A DNA stretch of 35,766 nucleotides, from contig CAVXEP010000024.1 in NCBI GenBank assembly GCA_963760795.1, positions 1 to 35,766 of the forward strand, written 5' to 3'. The notes beneath the pieces are model-generated. The model was given only the letters and a program-made list of their open reading frames with translations. It was not told the origin of the DNA and did not search any database. Below are positions 29,285 to 35,766 of this stretch, one piece after another (the stretch's first letter is position 1; each line of letters starts with the position of its first letter). The position numbers and the translations under genes were made by a program. Source of the DNA: an uncultured delta proteobacterium (GTDB lineage: Bacteria; Desulfobacterota; Binatia; UBA9968).

Positions 29285-30641
29285 ATGGCCCGTCCACGTC
29301 CCACCGTTCTGGTCGTCGATGACGACGCAGCGACCCGCCAGGGTCTAACCGTTCTGCTCGACAGCTGGGGCTATCAGGCCAGTGGAGGCCGAAGACGGCA
29401 AGGCTGCGCTGGTCGCTTGCGACCGGGAACTGCCCCAAGCGATCGTCACCGACTTGATGATGCCGGGCATGACCGGCTTGGAATTCGTCGGTGCCCTGGG
29501 CGAGCGAGTGCAACAGGCCGCGGTGGTTTTCGTCACTGGTCAGGCGGCCATCGACACTGCGGTCCAAGCGATCAAGCTTGGCGCCTATGATTACCTGTCG
29601 AAACCCTTGGAGCCGCAACGCCTGCGCGAGGTGCTCGAAAAAGCCCTCAAGCAAATTGCCCTGTCGCGTGAAACTGGCGCCCTGCGCCAGCGCCTGGAGT
29701 CGCCGCTCGGTTCCTATGGCGCCTTGATCGGCAAGTCGGCGCCCATGCGCAAACTCTATCAGCAGATCGGCCAGATCGCCGCCACCAATGCGGCGGTGTT
29801 GGTGAGCGGCGAGAGCGGCACGGGTAAAGAATTGGTCGCGCAAACTTTGCACGACCTATCGCCGCGCCGCGATGGCAACTTTCTCGCCCTCAACTGCGCG
29901 GCAATCTCACCGACACTGATGGAAAGCGAGCTGTTCGGTCACGAGAAGGGCGCCTTTACCAGCGCCGTCGATCGTCATCTCGGCTGTTTCGAACAAGCCG
30001 ACGGCGGCACGCTGTTTCTCGACGAAATCACTGAAATGGCGCTGGAAGTGCAGCCAAAATTCCTGCGGGTTCTCGAGGAAGGGCAGATACGACGCATCGG
30101 CGGCACCAAGAATATTTCAGTTTCCGTGCGCGTGGTCGCGGCGACCAACCGTCAACCGTTAACAGCCGTAAAAGACGGCAAGCTGCGCCAGGATCTGTTT
30201 TACCGGCTGAACGTGTTTTACCTGGAACTGCCGCCGCTGCGCGAGCGCGCTGAGGATATCGAACTGCTCGCGGGATATTTTCTCGAATCCTTCGCGGCGA
30301 AGTATCAAAAGGCCAAACTCCCTTGGTCAAGCGATTTTGCCGCCGCCTTGCGCAGCCATCACTGGCCCGGCAACGTGCGCGAGTTGCGCAATGCCATGGA
30401 GCGCTTGACGGTCTTAACTAGCGGAGCGAGTTTGACCGCAGCGGACTTCAAACAGTTTTGCCTGTCGACGCTGGTCGAAGAAGCCACCGATCTCGCGCCC
30501 ATGTCCCTCGCCGAAGCCGAGCGCATCGCCATCGAACGCGCTCTTGCGGCGACGGCTGGCAACAAGACACAGGCCGCCCAGCTCCTCGGCATCACGCCGA
30601 AGACGCTAAACGCCAAATTGACCCTCTACTCGCAAGAGTAA
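29285..30641 (+). CDS. Sigma-54-dependent response regulator (NtrC/AtoC family), +1 frameshift near 29380
   Basis: Receiver domain ([15 protein letters not shown]), [21 protein letters not shown] (GAFTGA-like), WPGNVREL, and a Fis-type [15 protein letters not shown]. Confidence 0.92.
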
Positions 30642-30738
30642 TTATTCCCGCCGTCTTAACATTTTTTCCGGTCCGATTCCGCGCCATCCACGCCAAGTGG
30701 TTGATTCTATTTTCATCTGCCTTTGGCATAGCCGTTGC
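30638..30738 (+). promoter_or_regulatory. Sigma-54 promoter with IHF site and putative enhancer
   Basis: TTGGCATAGCCGTTGC (GG-N10-GC at 30725-30738). CAAGTGGTTGATT is the reverse complement of the IHF consensus. Upstream boxes GTAATTATTCC and AACATTTTTTCC. Confidence 0.8.
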
Positions 30739-30801
30739 CATAGCTAGCAGTGGAAGCGCTGAGCAAAATCTTTGCGCAAACTCTGAGCGAGGAGCGGAGC
30801 G

Positions 30802-31461
30802 ATGAAGAAATATCCAAGGACCTCACTATTGCTGCAAGCGCTGCTGGTGATTTTTGCCGCGCCGGACGCCGACGCCTTGCGCAACTATCGGCACGAAGCT
30901 GAGCGCGCGAAGCCCCGCGTCGAACAGGAATTGAATCGGGTGCGCCAGATCATGCTGCCGCTGTTGCAGGCGACTGATCATAGAACTGCCCTTGAAGATA
31001 TTCGGCTGACCATTGTCGATGAAGCCAAGATCAATGCCGCCAGTGGCGGCAGTGGCCAGTTCTACGTCACTACCGGCTTGCTACGGCAAGCCAGCGACGA
31101 GCAACTGCGCGGCGTCCTCGCCCATGAGATCGCCCATGAAGACCTCGGTCATCCCACTAAAGCGCAGGTGCTCGGCGTGGGGATCGGCTTGGGTGCAGCT
31201 TTGTTGGAAAAAGTATTTCCCGGTAGCGGTGCCATCGCGCCTATCGCTGGAACTGTTGTCACCGGTCACTATACCCGACCCATGGAATTGGCCGCCGACC
31301 GCCACGCCATCAAGCTGCTCCAGCGCGCCGGTTATTCGAAGAACACCATGGTCAATACTCTCGCCTGGCTGATGCAGCTTAATGGCGACACCGGCGGCGG
31401 AATTTTCGCCACTCATCCGGCCATCTCGGAGCGCATTCAGGCCTTGCAGGCGCGCCGTTAG
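30802..31461 (+). CDS. Secreted M48-family metallopeptidase
   Basis: Signal peptide, then INAAS, YVTTGLL, GVLAHEIAH (HEXXH), ELAAD and THPAISERI. Confidence 0.9.
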   Translation: MKKYPRTSLLLQALLVIFAAPDADALRNYRHEAERAKPRVEQELNRVRQIMLPLLQATDHRTALEDIRLTIVDEAKINAASGGSGQFYVTTGLLRQASDEQLRGVLAHEIAHEDLGHPTKAQVLGVGIGLGAALLEKVFPGSGAIAPIAGTVVTGHYTRPMELAADRHAIKLLQRAGYSKNTMVNTLAWLMQLNGDTGGGIFATHPAISERIQALQARR

Positions 31462-31468
31462 CCGGTCG

Positions 31469-31568
31469 GTAATTTCTTCTTGGCAGCAAACATTATTACC
31501 AAGCTTAAGTCACCTCAACTCGCTAAGTTCCTGAACTATTGGCAATTCTCTCTTGGCACTAAGGTTGC
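31469..31568 (+). promoter_or_regulatory. Second sigma-54 promoter with the same upstream architecture
   Basis: TTGGCACTAAGGTTGC (GG-N10-GC at 31555-31568), IHF-like TAAGTTCCTGAAC, and upstream boxes GTAATTTCTTC and AACATTATTACC. Confidence 0.78.
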
Positions 31569-31611
31569 GCTACTGCTCAAGCAGATAGTTTCGGCGAAGG
31601 ATACAGTAATC

Positions 31612-31776
31612 ATGAATACCAACAGTCCGGAGAAAATTTTAGCACTCCTTGCTGAAATGGCGCGCTGCCTGAATCAGAACATGGCCAAGGTAAAACTAAC
31701 GCCGATTGATCCGGCGTTTAGCGTTGGCCTATCCGCTTTATCCGTGACCCCATCGAGGCAATCTACCCAGAGCTAA
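31612..31776 (+). CDS. Small hypothetical protein (54 aa)
   Basis: ATG just downstream of the sigma-54 promoter with AAGGA upstream; no recognisable motif. Confidence 0.35.
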   Translation: MNTNSPEKILALLAEMARCLNQNMAKVKLTPIDPAFSVGLSALSVTPSRQSTQS

Positions 31777-31787
31777 AGAGTCGAGTC

Positions 31788-32081
31788 GTGAAGCTGAAAC
31801 ACCGTCCCGTTGCGCTACTGATCTTGACTGGCTTGTTATCGATTGCTGCCAGCCGAATCGAGGCAAAAGATCAGAGTAAACATTTAACCAACCACCGCGG
31901 AGGCATAGCCGCTACCCAAATGAGCAGCAAGGGCACTGCGAATCATAATGTCCAGTGGTCCGCCGATCCAAATCGCGGTTGGGTGCGGGCTGCAGAGCGG
32001 CAGGAATTACCGAAAGCCAACGCGGCGGCGACAACCGATCGCGACAAAGGGAAACAGAAAACTAAAGGAAAAGGCCATTAG
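31788..32081 (+). CDS. Small secreted hypothetical protein with basic low-complexity tail
   Basis: Signal peptide ending IEA-K, a QWSADPNRGWVRA core, and a Lys-rich C-terminus. Confidence 0.6.
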   Translation: MKLKHRPVALLILTGLLSIAASRIEAKDQSKHLTNHRGGIAATQMSSKGTANHNVQWSADPNRGWVRAAERQELPKANAAATTDRDKGKQKTKGKGH

Positions 32082-32105
32082 GGGAGAGATGAGAGGAGGA
32101 AACAT

Positions 32106-32462
32106 ATGATAAGCAAGAAAACACTATTCAGAGGAACGGCAGCGAGCATGATGGCGGCGACAGTTCTATTATCGGGTTGCTCCGGCGGCTCCCTCAGCAC
32201 CAGGGAAAAGGGTGCGGGTATCGGCGCCCTCGGCGGCGCCGCCGCCGGCGGTATCATCGGTTCCGCGGTCCGGCATCCAGCGGCAGGCGCGCTCATCGGT
32301 GGTGCCCTTGGTCTCGGCGCCGGCGCGCTGGTCGGCGACCAACTACAAGGCCATGAAAACACCCAATACCAGCAGCAACAGCAGATCAATCGTAACCAAG
32401 CCGATATCGAGCGCCAGCGTCAAGAAATCCAGCGCATGCAACGCCAGCGTGGCGAGTACTAA
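32106..32462 (+). CDS. Glycine-zipper lipoprotein
   Basis: Lipobox LSG-C, glycine zipper GAGIGALGGAAAGGIIG...GALIGGALGLGAGALVG, Gln-rich coiled-coil tail, and an AGGAGG RBS. Confidence 0.88.
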   Translation: MISKKTLFRGTAASMMAATVLLSGCSGGSLSTREKGAGIGALGGAAAGGIIGSAVRHPAAGALIGGALGLGAGALVGDQLQGHENTQYQQQQQINRNQADIERQRQEIQRMQRQRGEY

Positions 32463-32498
32463 ATCGCGCCACAGTTAAACTAAACCCGCTTCTTGCGA

Positions 32499-32528
32499 TT
32501 GACAGAATCCATCCGGAATGACTAATCT
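32499..32528 (+). promoter_or_regulatory. Possible sigma-70 promoter
   Basis: TTGACA-18 nt-TAATCT upstream of the amidohydrolase gene. Confidence 0.45.
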
Positions 32529-32581
32529 CGGGCCGTTGATCAGTTCAACGCCCCGAGATTTTTGTTTCAGGAGGATTACCC

Positions 32582-33586
32582 ATGAATACCATCGATGCCG
32601 ACGGCCATATCGTCGAGACCAATAGCGATATCAGAAAATATCTTGTCGAACCCTACAATAAGCGCGGCGGTCCGCTGCTGCCATCGGACGGCTTAGACAC
32701 CGGGCTAGGCGGTTTAGTTGGCGGTCTAGAATACGTCGACATCCCGACTCGACTCAGTGACATGGACAAAGAGGGGATCGACGTCGCGGTGCTTTTTCCC
32801 ACCAGCAGTTTCGCCGTCAACGGTTTCATGGAACGGGACTATGCGGTGGCTTACGCCCGTGCGTACAATGATTTTATCGCCGATGTGTGCAAACAAAGTC
32901 CGCGCCTCAAAGCGGTCGGGTTGGTCGCTTTGCAGGATCCCGAGGCAGCGGTCGCCGAGGCCAATCGCGCGGTAACCAAGCTTGGTCTCAGTTCCATTGC
33001 GGTGGCGACCCAAGGCATGAAAGAGCATCTGGGATCGAAGAGTTTCTGGCCGCTCTATGAAGAAATGCAGCGATTGAATGTCCCGCTCAGCGTGCACAAT
33101 CGGCGCGAAGGCCCAGCGGGTGACAAACGCTTCGACAGTTTTATTTTCATGCACACCATTGGCCGTCCCGTCGAGACGTTTATACAGTTTGCCGGTTTGA
33201 TGTATGCCGGTATTCCCGAGAAGTTTCCCAAACTGCGCGTCTCGTTTCTCGAATGCGGCGTGGGTTGGGCTCCCTATTGGATCGAACGGATGGATGAGGA
33301 ATGGGAGAAGCGCGGCAAAGTCGAATCGCCGCTATGCAAACACAAGCCAAGTGAGTATATCGGCCAGGGCAACTGGTTTTTTGCCTTCGAGCCAGAGGAA
33401 GAGACGCTGCCCTACGCCATCGAACGCATTGGCGACGACAAGATCCTTTTCGCCTCGGACTATCCGCACTGGGACGGCATGTTTCCTAATGTGACGAAAA
33501 CCATCCGTGGTCGTAAGGATATTTCCGAACAAGCCAAAAACCGTCTCTTGGGAGAAAATGCCAAACGGCTCTACGGCTGGAACTAA
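32582..33586 (+). CDS. Amidohydrolase family protein (Amidohydro_2)
   Basis: Motifs IDADGH, MDKEGIDVAVLFPT, LSVH, FLECGVGW and LFASDYPHWD. Confidence 0.9.
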   Translation: MNTIDADGHIVETNSDIRKYLVEPYNKRGGPLLPSDGLDTGLGGLVGGLEYVDIPTRLSDMDKEGIDVAVLFPTSSFAVNGFMERDYAVAYARAYNDFIADVCKQSPRLKAVGLVALQDPEAAVAEANRAVTKLGLSSIAVATQGMKEHLGSKSFWPLYEEMQRLNVPLSVHNRREGPAGDKRFDSFIFMHTIGRPVETFIQFAGLMYAGIPEKFPKLRVSFLECGVGWAPYWIERMDEEWEKRGKVESPLCKHKPSEYIGQGNWFFAFEPEEETLPYAIERIGDDKILFASDYPHWDGMFPNVTKTIRGRKDISEQAKNRLLGENAKRLYGWN

Positions 33587-33590
33587 TTAG

Positions 33591-34592
33591 ATGGGCCGTC
33601 GATTGTTCGGGTTCTTATTTCTGGCGCTGAGCCTGGTTCCGACCGCCTACGCCTTCGCGGCCGATGCTCAGCCCCTGCGTAAAGTGCGCATGGCGTTCAC
33701 CTCGCTGTCCTCGGTCATGTGCCCGCCCTGGATCGCTCGCGAAATAGGGATTTTCAATAAACATGGCTTGGACGTCGAGGTCATCGCCACGCCCACCGGC
33801 GTCGAAGGCATGAACGCGCTCATCGCCGGCGAAGTGCAGTTCTTGCAAATCTCCGGCGGCACCACCGCCAGCGCGGCCCTGGGCGGCGCCGATGTCATGG
33901 TTGTCGGCACAACCCTTGACGCCCTGGTGCAAAGCCTGATGGCGCGGCCGGAGATCGAGAAGGCGGAGCAGCTCAAAGGCAAATCCGTCGGCATCACCCG
34001 GTTCGGCACGTCAATCGATGTCGGCGCGCGCATGGCGCTCAAGCACTTCGGTCTGGTGCCTGAGAAAGAAGTCGCCATCGTCCAGGTCGGCGGCATGGAG
34101 TCGATGGTTACCGCATTGCAAACCAATCGCATTCAAGCCGGCATTCTTTCCTATCCGGCTATCACCCAGGCATTGAAGCTTGGCCACCACACGTTGCTCG
34201 ACGTCGCGTCGTTGGGCATCCCTTACGCCTTCACCGGCATGACCACCCGTGGCCGTTTGATTAAAGAGGACCCCGATCTGGTGCGCCGTTACATGATGGC
34301 GCAGACCGAAGCGATCGCCCGCGCCAAGCGCGATAAGAATATGGCCCTCAAAGTCATGGGCAAGTATCTGCGCACCACCAACCCCAGCGCCCTCGCCGAG
34401 TCCTATGACATCGATGTGCAAAAATACCTGCTGCGCGTGCCGCTGACCACGGTGGAAGCGATGAAGTCGGTGCTCGACGATCTCGGTGGGAGAATTCCCA
34501 AAGCCAAGGATGCCGATCCAAGAAAATTCTTCGACGACACTTTCGTGCGGCAAATGCAGTCCAGCGGTTTCATCGACGCACTCTATAAATAG
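33591..34592 (+). CDS. ABC-type substrate-binding protein, NMT1/SsuA/THI5-like
   Basis: Signal peptide, then GIFNKHGLDVEVI, ALIAGEVQF, LKGKSVGITRFGT and FFDDTFV. Confidence 0.88.
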   Translation: MGRRLFGFLFLALSLVPTAYAFAADAQPLRKVRMAFTSLSSVMCPPWIAREIGIFNKHGLDVEVIATPTGVEGMNALIAGEVQFLQISGGTTASAALGGADVMVVGTTLDALVQSLMARPEIEKAEQLKGKSVGITRFGTSIDVGARMALKHFGLVPEKEVAIVQVGGMESMVTALQTNRIQAGILSYPAITQALKLGHHTLLDVASLGIPYAFTGMTTRGRLIKEDPDLVRRYMMAQTEAIARAKRDKNMALKVMGKYLRTTNPSALAESYDIDVQKYLLRVPLTTVEAMKSVLDDLGGRIPKAKDADPRKFFDDTFVRQMQSSGFIDALYK

Positions 34593-34694
34593 CCACGCCA
34601 ATCATCGACAACGTTAGAATCGAAGCCATCGTCGGTTTGCCCCATAGGCTTGCCTGATATAAGAAATGACCGATAGATCTGGAGGTAGGGTTTC

Positions 34695-35766
34695 ATGCGC
34701 GTCATCGATGCCGACGGCCATGTCGAAGAAAATCCGCTTACTTTTAGCGATAAATATTTCGATCCTGCGTTTCGCGCCCATCGTCCAGTGGTGGTTCCGG
34801 GAACCGAGGACGGGCTAGCCTATTGGATGATCGACGAGCAGCTGTTTCCGCGCCGCGTCGGCCGCGGCTGCAATAATCTCGGCACACCGGCGAGCATCAA
34901 TGGCAAACCGGTGCGCCACGCCCAACGCAAGCCCGATACCCTCGGCAGCATGGAGCTCACCAACTTAAGCGAGCGGCTGGCGATCATGGACGAGGAAAAT
35001 ATCTCGCTGCAGGTGCTCTATCCGACGCTGTTCCTCGCCTATCCGCTGAGCAGCAGTCCCGCCTACACCAGTGCCATGTGTTGCGCCTACAACCGCTGGC
35101 TCGGCGACGTGCTTTCAGGTCAGGAGCGATTGAAGTGGGTCGGTGTCGCCAACCTCGACGATATCCCCGGCGCGGTAAAGCAAGTTAATGAAGCGAAACA
35201 GCTCGGCGCCATCGGCATGATGATTCTAGGCACCGCGGGCGATCGACTGCTCGATGACGAAAGCCTACTGCCATTTTACGCAGCAGTAGCCAGCGCCGAT
35301 CTGCCACTCGCTGTCCATGTCGGCTGGGCCTGCCCGTCGCTGAATAATCTCTACACCCATATCTATCCGTCCGGCGTGATACCCTTTTTGATGCCGGTGC
35401 TCATGGGGATGGTGTCGATGATGAGCGGCGGCATCTTCGACCGCTTCCCCAACCTGCGCGTGGTTTATCTCGAAGCGGGTTGCCTGTGGGTCCATTTCAT
35501 TCTCGAGCGCTTGCATCACCGCTTCGAGCATTCGGGGAAAAACCTTGCCAACGTCGTGTCGCGCACCGCACCGATCCAAAAGCTTGCGCCGATGGATTAC
35601 ATAAAAAAGGGCAACATCTATTTCAGCTCGGAGGTCGAAGATATATTGCTGCCCCATGTGCTGGAACTAGTCGGCGACGGGCAAATGATGTTCGCTTCCG
35701 ACATGCCCCATGGCGACCGCGAACGTTTCGCCGCCAAGACATTGCAGGATCGCAGCGATATCACCG
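34695..35766 (+). CDS. Amidohydrolase family protein (Amidohydro_2), runs off the window
   Basis: Not in the ORF track. After a GGAGG RBS it reads MRVIDADGHVEE...MDEENISLQVLYPT...YNRWL...LAVHVG...YLEAGCLW...MFASDMPHGD. Confidence 0.9.
   Translation, partial: MRVIDADGHVEENPLTFSDKYFDPAFRAHRPVVVPGTEDGLAYWMIDEQLFPRRVGRGCNNLGTPASINGKPVRHAQRKPDTLGSMELTNLSERLAIMDEENISLQVLYPTLFLAYPLSSSPAYTSAMCCAYNRWLGDVLSGQERLKWVGVANLDDIPGAVKQVNEAKQLGAIGMMILGTAGDRLLDDESLLPFYAAVASADLPLAVHVGWACPSLNNLYTHIYPSGVIPFLMPVLMGMVSMMSGGIFDRFPNLRVVYLEAGCLWVHFILERLHHRFEHSGKNLANVVSRTAPIQKLAPMDYIKKGNIYFSSEVEDILLPHVLELVGDGQMMFASDMPHGDRERFAAKTLQDRSDIT

Noticed and set aside
31480-31611. N-terminal extension of the 98-aa ORF 31480..31776
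   Set aside because: The TTG start lies upstream of, and overlaps, the sigma-54 promoter elements; ATG 31612 is more plausible.
1-35766. CRISPR arrays, tRNA/rRNA genes, IS elements, phage or defence genes
   Set aside because: No repeat-spacer periodicity, cloverleaf-like sequence, or transposase/integrase/nuclease motifs were seen by eye; an Rfam or HMM scan would be needed to exclude subtle cases.

Overview
This is a GC-rich bacterial window. Its gene content (ClpAS, a sigma-54 system, paired Amidohydro_2 genes around an NMT1/SsuA-type binding protein) suggests a deltaproteobacterial or Candidatus Binatia-like genome; that assignment is inference. From left to right: (1) a minus-strand surface-polysaccharide cluster with two GT2s, a NoeA-like kinase/methyltransferase-like protein, a broken membrane protein, a GT4 and a Wzt ATPase with no adjacent wzm; (2) a REP hairpin, about 1 kb of non-coding DNA and a frameshifted Omp25/31-like beta-barrel gene; (3) clpS-clpA-Ste24 peptidase; (4) a 4xCBS protein, 2-oxoacid:ferredoxin oxidoreductase alpha/beta and a terminator; (5) a cysteine hydrolase and a molybdopterin-binding protein; (6) an oxyanion/metal cluster of chrA, a chrF-like gene, a CNNM/CorC protein, a PadR - monoheme cytochrome c - second chrA - rhodanese remnant cassette, and an MFS transporter; (7) an SDR, a lipoprotein and moaA; (8) a histidine kinase and sigma-54 activator followed by two matching sigma-54 promoters upstream of an M48 peptidase and small secreted or glycine-zipper proteins; (9) amidohydrolase - binding protein - amidohydrolase. 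About a dozen single-base frameshifts, many in short homopolymers, most likely reflect long-read consensus errors. The best candidates for undescribed systems are the PadR-cytochrome c-CHR-rhodanese cassette and the sigma-54 envelope module with duplicated enhancer architecture.
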